64,000 bases of DNA from NCBI GenBank assembly GCA_963422525.1, contig OY730226.1, positions 1,368,524-1,432,523 of the forward strand, read 5' to 3'. Positions within the stretch are counted from its first letter, which is position 1, and each line of letters starts with the position of its first letter. The translations under genes and the position numbers were made by a program. This DNA is from Dehalococcoidia bacterium (GTDB taxonomy: Bacteria > Chloroflexota > Dehalococcoidia > Lucifugimonadales > JADFKI01). Under the pieces are notes generated by a model, which saw only the letters and a program-made list of their open reading frames with translations, did no database searches and was not told where the DNA came from. This document shows positions 17,771-26,813 of this stretch, in pieces.

Positions 17771-19183
17771 TTACATCGCCGGTCGCCGCGTATGCCATTC
17801 CGTCGCTTGTTCATAGGCGTAGGCGACTTGGAGCGCGACCGCATCCTCGAACGCGCGCGCCGCGATCTGCATTCCGATTGGCAAGCCTTCCGAAGTGAAG
17901 CCGCACGGCACGGATACCGTAGGGATGCCGCATATGTTGTGCGGACGCGTCAGGCGCGGCATAATCGCCAGTTTCGCCTCGCTGACGCCGCTGACCTCCA
18001 CCATGCTGTCGCCAATCTTCGGAGCGCCAATCGCGGTGGTGGGCGCAAGCAGGATGTCGTAGGTTCGCATCGCCCTTGCTATTTCGCGATTGAACGAGGC
18101 GCGCGCGCGCTGCGCCGCGATGTAGGTGACCGCAGGCGTCATTGCGCCTTCTTCCAGCCGCCTGCGTACATCGGCGTCGAGATCGTCGGCGTGTTCGCGC
18201 AGGTTGTCCAGGTGTATCTCTGCCGCTTCTGTGAGCAGGATTGTGCCGGATATGCTTACAGAGTCGTTGAGCGCAGGAATGGAGCACTCTTCCACATGCG
18301 CGCCCAATCCTTCCAGTATCAGCGCCGCCTGCTGAACCGCGGCGCTTACTTCGTCGTCTATGACATCGTAGAAGTATTCTTGCGGCAGCCCGACGCGCAT
18401 GCCGGATATGTCCTGTCCGAGCAGGCGCGTGAAATCTTCGTCGGGGCGGTTGGCTGACGACGCATCGCGCTTGTCGCAGCCCGCGATAGCGTTCATTACG
18501 ATAGCCGCGTCCCTGACGGTGCGTGTCATAGGGCCAACCGTGTCGAGGCTGTTCGCCAATGGGAACACGCCGTGTCTGCTCACTCTGCCGAATGTTGGTT
18601 TCAGCCCTACGATGCCGCAGGCTGATGCGGGAATGCGAACGGAGCCGCCGGTATCGCTGCCGAGCGCTGCCATGCACTGCCCGGCGGCGACCGCCGAGCC
18701 GGAGCCGCCGCTCGAACCGCCGGTGATGCGCGTAATGTCCCAGGGGTTGTGCGCTGGGCCGTAGTGCGGGTTCTCGCTGGTCGCGCCGAGCGCAAACTCA
18801 TGCATTTGCAGCTTGCCTATCAGCGTGGCGCCGGCATTCCGGAAGCGTTCGGTAACGGCGGCGTCATAGTCGGGCACGAAGTCCTGCATAATCTTTGAGC
18901 CGACCGTGGTGCGAATGCCCTTCGTGTAGTATAGGTCTTTCAGTCCGATGGGTATGCCGTGCAGCGCCCCACGATATTCGCCCCGCTGAATAGCGCCTTC
19001 AGCCTCGGCTGCCGCCTCGACTGCTTCATCTGCCAGCAGTGTGATGAATGAGTTCAGCCTATCGTCGGTCTGCGCGATGCGATTGAGGTGCGCGGTGACG
19101 AGTTCGACGGGGGAGAGGCACTTAGATTCGATTAGGCGGGCGGCGTCAGCGATGGTGAGGTAGTGCGGGTCGTTGGTTTGCAT
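17771..19183 (-). CDS. amidase-signature family amidase
   Basis: AS signature GGSSGGSGSAVA and conserved KD(L/N) lysine block GLKDLY. 470 aa. Confidence 0.9.
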   Translation of the reverse strand: MQTNDPHYLTIADAARLIESKCLSPVELVTAHLNRIAQTDDRLNSFITLLADEAVEAAAEAEGAIQRGEYRGALHGIPIGLKDLYYTKGIRTTVGSKIMQDFVPDYDAAVTERFRNAGATLIGKLQMHEFALGATSENPHYGPAHNPWDITRITGGSSGGSGSAVAAGQCMAALGSDTGGSVRIPASACGIVGLKPTFGRVSRHGVFPLANSLDTVGPMTRTVRDAAIVMNAIAGCDKRDASSANRPDEDFTRLLGQDISGMRVGLPQEYFYDVIDDEVSAAVQQAALILEGLGAHVEECSIPALNDSVSISGTILLTEAAEIHLDNLREHADDLDADVRRRLEEGAMTPAVTYIAAQRARASFNREIARAMRTYDILLAPTTAIGAPKIGDSMVEVSGVSEAKLAIMPRLTRPHNICGIPTVSVPCGFTSEGLPIGMQIAARAFEDAVALQVAYAYEQATEWHTRRPAM

Positions 19184-19233
19184 GTGTGTCTCCGATGATT
19201 ATTTTCGCAACATTTTACTTTTGGTATGTGGAT

Positions 19234-20088
19234 CTAATTCACGGTGCGCCGATAATGCCCTCTCTTGATGAACTCGACAAGCCCTAATTCGCGCAGTTTT
19301 TGGAGTTGTTCGCTTAATTTCTGGCGAACATATCGGTTGTTTGGGTATTCCGCGGTCGCCATTGGGCTGCATACATCATACAACTCTTGAATGTCGAACT
19401 CGCTTTCCCTCATTTCCAGAACTCCACGCAATGTAAGCCTGAGCCAACCTTTGAAGCCTGACAATAAACCACTCTCACTAGATATTGAGAATGTTACATC
19501 GTTCATTGAGGTGTCTTCATCCTTATTTATAGCGTTGTCGCCTCTTTGTGGAGGCTTGGGCGTAGATACTCTGATAGCATCTAATGGAACTCGCAAGGCT
19601 TCCAACTCGTTCCTTCCGACTTTGCAGGGTGGCTTTCTCGCACCTAACCCTCGCAATAAGGAATGAGCGAGCCTTTGTATTAACTGCTTGTCCCTGATGC
19701 CTATGCCACATTCCAGATTGCGATACATGCCGCCGTAAGTGGCGTTTGCCGATGTAACTAGCGCGGAATCGTCATCAAAGACATATATTTTGGCGTGTAA
19801 GTTAGATAGGCTGCGGATGTTCACGCCGTCTTTTGCCAGAGCGCATAGGCTGTTGAGATCTGATGAGCCCATGGCGAAGTCTCGTAAATCTGTCTTCGTA
19901 ATGAGTGTGCGCGATGCTTCATTTGAGACGTCTTTGCTCAAATTCAAAATCGCATTGTTGACATATGGGCATCCAATCAGCAGGCGGGAATGGCAAGTCT
20001 TTGCGCGTCCGACAAGCCAATTGAAGGTTGGCGTAGTAACAATTTCTAATGCATTGTTGTTCATGTCCATCAAGCAATTCACAGACAA
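19234..20088 (-). CDS. single-HKD phospholipase-D-family nuclease with C-terminal winged-helix-like domain
   Basis: One HxK-x4-D-x6-(T)SxN motif: HAKIYVFDDDSALVTSAN (nt about 19741-19806). C-terminal EYPNNRYVRQKLSEQLQKLRELGLVEFIKRGHYR. The gene is clearly AT-richer than both neighbours. The start is uncertain: TTG at 20088, or ATG at 20070 or 20064. Confidence 0.75.
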   Translation of the reverse strand: MSVNCLMDMNNNALEIVTTPTFNWLVGRAKTCHSRLLIGCPYVNNAILNLSKDVSNEASRTLITKTDLRDFAMGSSDLNSLCALAKDGVNIRSLSNLHAKIYVFDDDSALVTSANATYGGMYRNLECGIGIRDKQLIQRLAHSLLRGLGARKPPCKVGRNELEALRVPLDAIRVSTPKPPQRGDNAINKDEDTSMNDVTFSISSESGLLSGFKGWLRLTLRGVLEMRESEFDIQELYDVCSPMATAEYPNNRYVRQKLSEQLQKLRELGLVEFIKRGHYRRTVN

Positions 20089-21492
20089 TTAATCCCCCAT
20101 GCCGGCTTGTTGACGCGCTTGCTGGCGGCTGGCGGCTATGACCTGCTCCACTTGGTGAAGCAGCGTGCCTATGTTGCGGACCTGTTGATTCAGCATCGCA
20201 GGTCCTACGGCGAAGCTTATTACGGCAAGTCCGCCTATCATGACGGCGTTTGCCGCGCCGAGGTAGTAGGCTATCGAGCCGGCCTGCATTCCGCCGAGCG
20301 GCATGATGCTCCAGGTCATGCCGTAGAAGCCCATTACTCGCCCGCGCATCCTGTCCGGCACCATCATTTGCAGGGAACTCATTATGGAGATCATGTAGAT
20401 TGAGTTGAAGATGCCGATGAAGACCATTATTGCCATTACTAGGTAGTAGGATGGGTATATCTGCGTAGTCAGCCCGAAGAGAAAGAGCGCCGTTCCGAAT
20501 GCGACCGCTCCGCCGATAAGCATAAGCCCTTTTTGCCGGAAGTTGCCTATCGAACCTAGCAGCATGGTTGTGATTAGCGCGCCTACTCCGCTGACGCCCA
20601 TGAGCATGCCTTGTCCGTCCGCGCCGACCTTCAGGATGTCCACTGCGAAGATTGGCATCATGAATATGTAAGCCATGCCGAAGAAGCTGTTGAAGAAGGT
20701 CATTCCGATGAGGAAGGAGAACACGGAGTTGCCTTTGATGAACTTTATGCCGTCGAGCATGTCGCGCGCGGCGTTGCCGCTGCCGCCGCGCTGAATCTTC
20801 GGCAGCCTTATGGCGGCAATGACGACTGCCATCGTAACGAAGCCGGCGCATGAGATGAAGAAGGAGGTGGATGTGCCGAGCTGCGCTATGATGAAGCCGG
20901 CAAATGCAGGGGCTACTATGCGGGTGCCTTGCCAGATGGCGGCGTTAAGCGACACGGCGCTCATCATAGCTGAACGCTCGATGAGGTGGGGATACAGCGC
21001 TTGGCGCGCCGGCTGGTCGAAGGCGTTCACTGCGCCGGCGAGGAAGGCTATTAGCAAGATGTAGTAGATGTGCAGCACGTCGAACAGCGTCATCAGCGCC
21101 AGGATGAAGATGAGCGACGCCGTTGTGAGCTGGCAGGCGATGATGAGGCGGCGCTTGTCGAACATGTCGGCGAACACCCCGCCGAAAAGGTTCAGCGCAA
21201 TCGCGGGCAGCGCGTTTACCGCGCCGACATAGCCCAGAAAGAGCGGCGACTTGGTGATGTCGAAAGTTACCCAGAGCAAGCCGAAGGTGAGCATCTGGAA
21301 GCCGCTGACCGATGCCAGTGTGCCGAACCAGTAGGCGCGGTACGCCGGATAGCGCAGCGCCGGTGGCGCGGTGAAAATGCGGCGTGGCGCATCACTGTTG
21401 AGCGACTGCTGTGTCAAATCTGCCTCTGCCCCGCCTGCCTCAGTCTTTGAGCGGTATCCTGCCCCAAGTAACTGAGTCAGGGCGTTGGGCAA
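20089..21492 (-). CDS. MFS transporter
   Basis: 12-14 predicted hydrophobic segments and typical MFS loop composition. An alternative TTG start at 21417 (after GAGG) would remove the overlap with the upstream small ORF. Confidence 0.85.
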   Translation of the reverse strand: MPNALTQLLGAGYRSKTEAGGAEADLTQQSLNSDAPRRIFTAPPALRYPAYRAYWFGTLASVSGFQMLTFGLLWVTFDITKSPLFLGYVGAVNALPAIALNLFGGVFADMFDKRRLIIACQLTTASLIFILALMTLFDVLHIYYILLIAFLAGAVNAFDQPARQALYPHLIERSAMMSAVSLNAAIWQGTRIVAPAFAGFIIAQLGTSTSFFISCAGFVTMAVVIAAIRLPKIQRGGSGNAARDMLDGIKFIKGNSVFSFLIGMTFFNSFFGMAYIFMMPIFAVDILKVGADGQGMLMGVSGVGALITTMLLGSIGNFRQKGLMLIGGAVAFGTALFLFGLTTQIYPSYYLVMAIMVFIGIFNSIYMISIMSSLQMMVPDRMRGRVMGFYGMTWSIMPLGGMQAGSIAYYLGAANAVMIGGLAVISFAVGPAMLNQQVRNIGTLLHQVEQVIAASRQQARQQAGMGD

Positions 21493-21661
21493 GTTCTCTG
21501 TCGCGGATTAGCTGCCGAATGTTTAGCAGCGTTTCGTTGACCTCGCCGGTTACATAGACCCAGTCGGGTTCCTCCGGGAACCAGTAAGGGGATGTTATGC
21601 GTACCACCTTGTGTTCGCTAGGGTTCAGGTAGATGCCGAATTTGGATATGTGCGGTAACAT
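21440..21661 (-). CDS. hypothetical 73-aa protein
   Basis: The only sizeable ORF in the glmS-MFS gap, same strand as its neighbours, non-repetitive sequence. I recognised no family. Confidence 0.35.
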   Translation of the reverse strand: MLPHISKFGIYLNPSEHKVVRITSPYWFPEEPDWVYVTGEVNETLLNIRQLIRDRELAQRPDSVTWGRIPLKD

Positions 21662-21778
21662 TTGCCACCTCTGCCGCCTCTGATTGTTAGCGCTAAATTA
21701 ACACACGCTTGCGCTATCTTCAACGGAGCGCTTACCGCCAAGTCGATAACCAGATAGATTGTCCATCCTGTCAGCCGA

Positions 21779-23623
21779 CTATTCGACGGTGACCGATTTG
21801 GCGAGATTGCGGGGCTGGTCAACATCGCATCCTCGCCGCACAGCGATGTGATATGCGAGAAGTTGCATGGGTATGGCGGCGAGGATGGGCGTAATGTTGG
21901 CGGATGCTTTGGGGATGTAGATTGCGTGGTCGACGGTGTCGCGGATATGCTCATCGCCCTCTGTGGCGACGGCGATGACCGCGCTGCCCCGCGCCTTGAC
22001 TTCGTGCACATTGCTGAGCATTTTGTCGTACAAGTTATCCTGTGGGATGAGCGCCACGACGGGCATCTTTTCGTCGATGAGGGATATGGGTCCGTGTTTC
22101 ATTTCGCCCGCAGGGTAGCCCTCTGCGTGTATGTAGCTTATCTCTTTGAGTTTTAGCGCGCCTTCCATTGCCAGCGGGTAGTTTTTGCCCCGTCCTAGAA
22201 AAAGGAAGTTATCGCTCTGCGCGTACTGGCGCGCCAGCTCCTTATACTGCGACTGGTCCGATGTGAGTTGCCCAATCATCTCCGGCAGGCGCGTCATCTC
22301 TTGCACGATTTGCAGCAGCGCTTTGTGGTTTATCGTGCCGCGCTTGACGCCGAGATAGAGCGCAAGCGCGTATAGCGTTGCGAGGGAGCAGGTGAACGTC
22401 TTTGTGCCGGCGACGCTAATTTCCAGGCCGGCGCGAATGGGCAGCACGCCGTCGGCGACGCGCGTAGATTGAGCGCCGTCGTAGTTGCATAGCGTCAGCT
22501 GCCGGGCGCCGAGCCGCTTCGCTTCGTCCATGGCGCCGAGCGTGTCGGCAGTCTCACCCGACTGTGATATGGAGATAACGAGTGTGTGTTCGTCCAGGAT
22601 CGCGTCGCGGTAGCGAAATTCTGAGGAGTTTTCCACTTCGCAGGCTAAGCGCGCCAGCGTCTCTATCCACATGCGACCGACCATTCCGGCATGCATGCTG
22701 GTGCCCATTCCGATGATGACTGCCTTGCTGAATTGCCGCACCTCATCGTCGGAGAAGGCGAAATCGGGCAGGGTAATGCCGGGAGGGTCGAATTGCACTC
22801 GGCCGCGCAGTGTATCCAGAACGGCGTCGGACTGCTCATGGATTTCTTTGAGCATGAAGTGCTTGTACTCGCCTTTGGAGGCTGTCAGGGCGTCGTATGG
22901 CAGGTGCGATGTGGTCTTGGCAACGGGGGCGCCATCTATGCGCGTGTATTCGGCGCGCTCACGCGTGACGGTAGCCATCTCATTGACGGCAAGATACGCT
23001 ACATTGCGCGCATGCGGCAGGAGCGCCGAGATGTCGCTGGCAAGCAGCATTTCTTGCTTGCCGTAGCCGATGACGATACCGCCGGCGTTCCCTAGCTTGA
23101 AAGACACTATCTTGTCGGGCTCTTTGCGGGAGAGCGCCACTACCGCATTCGCTCCGCTAATGCGTTGCGCGGCGGCGCGCGCTGCGTCTTCAAGTGAGCG
23201 GCCGTCTTGCATGTACGACTCGATGAGGTGCGGAATGCACTCGGCGTCCGTCTGCGAGTTGAACACATGCCCGTTGTCGGTGAGTTCCCGCTTCAGCTCT
23301 TGGTAGTTCTCGATGATGCCGTTGTGCACGACCATCACATCGCCGGCGCAGTCGGTGTGAGGGTGAGCGTTGAAGTCGGTCGGCCCGCCGTGTGTAGCCC
23401 AGCGCGTATGCCCGACGCCGCTGTTGCCCTCAGGTAGCCTGTTGCCTATAACGCTCTTCAGCCTTGAGAGCTTGCCTGCAGACTTGTAGAGTTGCGACGT
23501 GCTTTCGCCGTCCAGCACCACGATGCCTGCGCTGTCGTAGCCTCGATATTCGAGGCTGGTCAGCCCTTCCAAGATTATCGGCGCAGCGGTTCTGTCGCCT
23601 ATGTAGCCAATGATTCCGCACAC
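21779..23623 (-). CDS. glmS: glutamine--fructose-6-phosphate aminotransferase (isomerising)
   Basis: Catalytic N-terminal Cys context (V)CGIIGYIG, so the start is most likely the GTG at 23623 rather than the track ATG at 23641. Two SIS domains and a C-terminal KSVTVE. Confidence 0.95.
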   Translation of the reverse strand: MCGIIGYIGDRTAAPIILEGLTSLEYRGYDSAGIVVLDGESTSQLYKSAGKLSRLKSVIGNRLPEGNSGVGHTRWATHGGPTDFNAHPHTDCAGDVMVVHNGIIENYQELKRELTDNGHVFNSQTDAECIPHLIESYMQDGRSLEDAARAAAQRISGANAVVALSRKEPDKIVSFKLGNAGGIVIGYGKQEMLLASDISALLPHARNVAYLAVNEMATVTRERAEYTRIDGAPVAKTTSHLPYDALTASKGEYKHFMLKEIHEQSDAVLDTLRGRVQFDPPGITLPDFAFSDDEVRQFSKAVIIGMGTSMHAGMVGRMWIETLARLACEVENSSEFRYRDAILDEHTLVISISQSGETADTLGAMDEAKRLGARQLTLCNYDGAQSTRVADGVLPIRAGLEISVAGTKTFTCSLATLYALALYLGVKRGTINHKALLQIVQEMTRLPEMIGQLTSDQSQYKELARQYAQSDNFLFLGRGKNYPLAMEGALKLKEISYIHAEGYPAGEMKHGPISLIDEKMPVVALIPQDNLYDKMLSNVHEVKARGSAVIAVATEGDEHIRDTVDHAIYIPKASANITPILAAIPMQLLAYHIAVRRGCDVDQPRNLAKSVTVE

Positions 23624-23627
23624 GATC

Positions 23628-24305
23628 TCACCTGATATCAATCCGTTCGGCTTCTTGCGCAGTCTTGTCTTTCCCGTACACGCCGCGAATGTCTTCGGGC
23701 AGTTGCATTGCCACGCGCTCCATTATCATATCCGATATGGATTCCAGAAGCTCTTTGCTTGGTCTGCCCTCTATGGGCGGGACTGAGAATACTTGGCCGA
23801 TATTGACGGTAATCTTGCCGGTGGGGTTGAACACGCGCGTCCAAGCGCCAAGCCGATGCGTGCCGACGATGCCGACGGGCAGGATGGAGGCCTGGGATTG
23901 CAGCGCAATTTGCGCGATGCCGGGTTTAGCTCTGCTCATTCCGTCGCGTGAGCGTTTGCCTTCCGGGAAGAGGACGACCGGCTTACCTGCTCTGAGGCTG
24001 CTGATAACCCAGCGATATGCGCTGATGTCGCCGCCTTCCCGATTGACCGGATATGCGCCGTATGAGTTCAGGAACCATGTTACGGCATGCCCTATGAACA
24101 GCCCCGACTTGGCGAGGAAATATATTCGCCGCGGGATGCTGGCGCTCAGCAGGGGCGGGTCGAAGTTGCTCTGGTGGTTGGCGATGACGATGAGCGAACC
24201 CATAGGCGGCACATTTTCTAATCCGTTGACTTTCCAGTCGGCGAACAGGCGCAGCGCCAACCGCTGCAATGGGACACAGATATGATATGCCCAGTCGTTC
24301 AGCAT
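23628..24305 (-). CDS. plsC: 1-acyl-sn-glycerol-3-phosphate acyltransferase
   Basis: HX4D acyltransferase motif NHQSNFDP and FPEGKRS block. Confidence 0.85.
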   Translation of the reverse strand: MLNDWAYHICVPLQRLALRLFADWKVNGLENVPPMGSLIVIANHQSNFDPPLLSASIPRRIYFLAKSGLFIGHAVTWFLNSYGAYPVNREGGDISAYRWVISSLRAGKPVVLFPEGKRSRDGMSRAKPGIAQIALQSQASILPVGIVGTHRLGAWTRVFNPTGKITVNIGQVFSVPPIEGRPSKELLESISDMIMERVAMQLPEDIRGVYGKDKTAQEAERIDIR

Positions 24306-24994
24306 TGGCGCGCCATCGCGAGTATCTTGAGCGTGACTTCATTAATTGTCATTTGGTCGGTGCAAATCATTACGGCGTCTTCGGCGCGGCGCAGCGGTGA
24401 ATCGTCGCGCTTGCTGTCTATGCGGTCTCTGCGGAGCAAGCCGGCGAGTGTCTCCGTATAGTTAGGCTTCCCTTGCCCTTGCTTCATATCAGCGCTGCGC
24501 CGTGCGGCGCGCACCTCAGCCGATGCGGTGAGGAAGACCTTGACGCCGGCATTCGGCAGCACCACCGTGCCGATGTCGCGTCCTGACATGACGATTGCTC
24601 CTTGGCATGCGATGGCGCGCTGCTGCGCCACAAGCGCCCTTCGCACGCCGCTCACTTCAGAGATCTGAGAGACGATTTGATCCACTTCCGGCAGCCTGAG
24701 ATTGTCGGTGATGTCCTCGCCTTCGAGCAGCAGCCTGTCGCCGTTCGCATCGGCCTCGAGCCGAATATCCGCGGACTCCGCCAATTCGGTCAGCGCGTCT
24801 GCGTCCGTCGGGTTGACCTGACGCCGGATAGTGGCCCAAGCAACTGCGCGGTACATCGTGCCCGTATCTAAGAAGCGAACGCCTAGCCGATGCGCCACCT
24901 CGCTGCCTACGACGCTCTTGCCGGACGCGGCGGGTCCGTCAATCGCCATGCTGAAGGGAAGGCTGCGTTCTGCGTTTAATTGGATTCCTTCCAT
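24299..24994 (-). CDS. cmk: cytidylate kinase
   Basis: P-loop IDGPAASGKS, LDTGTMYR block. 231 aa. Confidence 0.93.
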   Translation of the reverse strand: MEGIQLNAERSLPFSMAIDGPAASGKSVVGSEVAHRLGVRFLDTGTMYRAVAWATIRRQVNPTDADALTELAESADIRLEADANGDRLLLEGEDITDNLRLPEVDQIVSQISEVSGVRRALVAQQRAIACQGAIVMSGRDIGTVVLPNAGVKVFLTASAEVRAARRSADMKQGQGKPNYTETLAGLLRRDRIDSKRDDSPLRRAEDAVMICTDQMTINEVTLKILAMARQC

Positions 24995-25119
24995 GCCAAA
25001 TTCTCACCATGCCAAATTCTCGGTTAAGCCCCTATGTAAATTATAAGTCTATAGACAGCGATTATAGATTGAATTGCAGGCGTCGTGCAATCATCGAGGA
25101 GCGAAAATTCATCCCTGGC

Positions 25120-25250
25120 AGCGTTTCCGTTCGGGGACGATTTTTATTCGTCATTCCCGCGAGGCAGGTCCCTGCGAAGGTAGGGGCATTGCGCAAAGAT
25201 CTGCGTTTGGGGACGCATAGAAGGCATGTCCCTGCGAAGGTAGGGAGCAA
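25120..25250. repeat. two tandem copies of a short structured motif (gcgttt..ggggacg..(c/t)(a/t)GTCCCTGCGAAGGTAGGG)
   Basis: GTCCCTGCGAAGGTAGGG occurs twice about 60 nt apart, each preceded by gcgttt(ccgtt c)ggggacg. The first copy also carries tcattcccgcgaggcagg, which belongs to a dispersed motif family also seen at about 47352. Confidence 0.5.
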
Positions 25251-25347
25251 GAATCCGCACGGCATAACGACAGAGCCGCTTAGCTCAAAAGAAAACGCTT
25301 TCTCATTCTCTTCATCCTGACCATTCATATTTAGCATACAAAATTCA

Positions 25348-25377
25348 TTGACAGCAGAAATCGCGCTTTGATAGCAT
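25348..25377 (+). promoter_or_regulatory. putative sigma-70-type promoter of the 5S rRNA gene
   Basis: Perfect -35 TTGACA (25348-25353), an 18-nt spacer, a -10-like TAGCAT (25372-25377) and an A/T-rich stretch upstream. About 15 nt before the 5S 5' end. Confidence 0.4.
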
Positions 25378-25392
25378 TGTCATTGAATTAAG

Positions 25393-25514
25393 TCCTTTGG
25401 TGGTTCTGGCTAGATGGCCCCACCCGTTCCCATCCCGAACACGGAAGTGAAACATCTCAGCGCCGACGATACTGCACCCGCAAGGTTGTGGGAAAATAGG
25501 TCACTGCCAAGGGG
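25393..25514 (+). rRNA. rrf: 5S ribosomal RNA, not linked to 23S/16S in this window
   Basis: Universal 5S blocks CCCACCCGTTCCCATCCCGAACACGGAAGTGAAAC and AGCGCCGA.GATACT, and a terminal helix pairing CCTTTGGTGG with CACTGCCAAGGG. Ends are accurate to about 3 nt. Followed by CTTTTTC. Confidence 0.9.
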
Positions 25515-25662
25515 CTTTTTCTTTGCGTATGACGGTTATTTGGGAATGCGGTCCGCCGTCCTCTAACCTTCTTTGCAGCAATATGTCGCAATTCTCGAGC
25601 GATTGACCTTACACGACACGCGATTTTAATTAAGGCATTATAGAAAGAGAGAGAAAAATTAA

Positions 25663-26757
25663 ATGAGCCTTCGCGGAAGTTTGTTAATTATGTTGATAGT
25701 CGTAGGTATTCTATCGCTCGTCGCCTGCCAGCAGCAGGCGTCAGAAGATGCCGCGTCGGAAGAAGAGGCTGTGTCGGACAGCCAGTCCACCAGCCGATTA
25801 GAGATGGTAAAGGAACGCGGCAATCTGATTTGCGCGAGCAACAACAGCCTCGCCGGTTTCGGCACTCTTGATGCCAACCAAAACACCGTCGGCTTCGACA
25901 TAGATCTGTGCCGCGCGGTGGCAGCCGCGGTTTTGGGCAACGCCGATGCCGTAGAGTTCAGCCCCACCGTCGCCGCAGAGCGCGGTCCCAAGATGCAGTC
26001 GGGCGAAGTTGACATTATGTCGCGCAATACCACATGGACAAGCAGCAGAAACGCGCAATGGGGCAACTTCGCGCCTACCATGTTCTACGATGGGCAGGGC
26101 TTCATGGTTCCAAAGTCGCTCGGCGTTTCCAGCATGATGGAGCTTCAGGGCGCGAAGATATGCGTTCAGCAAGGCACGACTACCGAGCTGAATGTTCAGG
26201 ACTTCGATAACCAGAACGGCATGAACTTCGAGTATGTGGTAGTGCCTGACAATATATCGGCGAACGCAGCCTACCTCGCAGGTCAGTGCGATTCGCTCAC
26301 CACTGACCGCTCAGGACTGGTGAGCACCCGCGTGGGCTTCGATAACCCCGACGATCATATTATCCTCGCCGGCACTATCTCCGAAGAGCCGCTTGGTCCG
26401 GTCGTGCCGCACGGCGATGAACAGTGGTATGACATCGTGTCGGCGGTTATGGCGATTCTCATCTACGCAGAAGCGTATGGCGTAACTTCTTCTACTGTTC
26501 CGACAGCCGCGACCGGCGAAACCGCCGTTGACCGCCTGTTCGGTTTGGGAGGCGTATTCGGTCAGGAAACTATGGGGCTGAGCGAGACTGTGGCGCAGGA
26601 TGTGATTCGCGCCGTCGGCAACTACGGCGAAATCTATGACCGCCACCTGACGCCCCTAGGACTGCAGCGAGAAGGTAGCCGCAACGCTCTTTGGAGCGCC
26701 GCGCCCTGCACCGACTGCCCTAAGGGAGGCCAGATTTACGCAGCGCCCTTGCGGTAA
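25663..26757 (+). CDS. amino-acid ABC transporter substrate-binding protein (general L-amino-acid AapJ-like)
   Basis: Signal peptide with lipobox-like LSLVAC, family-3 SBP blocks (GFDIDLCRAVAAAV, MSRNTTWT). Followed by two AapQ/M-type permeases and an ATPase. Confidence 0.85.
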   Translation: MSLRGSLLIMLIVVGILSLVACQQQASEDAASEEEAVSDSQSTSRLEMVKERGNLICASNNSLAGFGTLDANQNTVGFDIDLCRAVAAAVLGNADAVEFSPTVAAERGPKMQSGEVDIMSRNTTWTSSRNAQWGNFAPTMFYDGQGFMVPKSLGVSSMMELQGAKICVQQGTTTELNVQDFDNQNGMNFEYVVVPDNISANAAYLAGQCDSLTTDRSGLVSTRVGFDNPDDHIILAGTISEEPLGPVVPHGDEQWYDIVSAVMAILIYAEAYGVTSSTVPTAATGETAVDRLFGLGGVFGQETMGLSETVAQDVIRAVGNYGEIYDRHLTPLGLQREGSRNALWSAAPCTDCPKGGQIYAAPLR

Positions 26758-26813
26758 CAACTCTGCGCTTGCCATTAGACCAACAGGAAGAACATCGTAA
26801 ATTAAATTTAGAG

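Noticed and set aside
23624-23700. Possible glmS ribozyme upstream of glmS.
   Set aside because: plsC ends 4 nt before the glmS start codon, so there is no leader in which a ~170-nt ribozyme could reside.
25009-25337. ORFs 25009-25320 (+) and 25062-25337 (-) upstream of the 5S gene.
   Set aside because: Both are built from the repeated GTCCCTGCGAAGGTAGGG / tcattcccgcg motifs (translations VPAKVG.. and PTFAGTCL.. each repeated). They are repeat-induced artefacts rather than genes.
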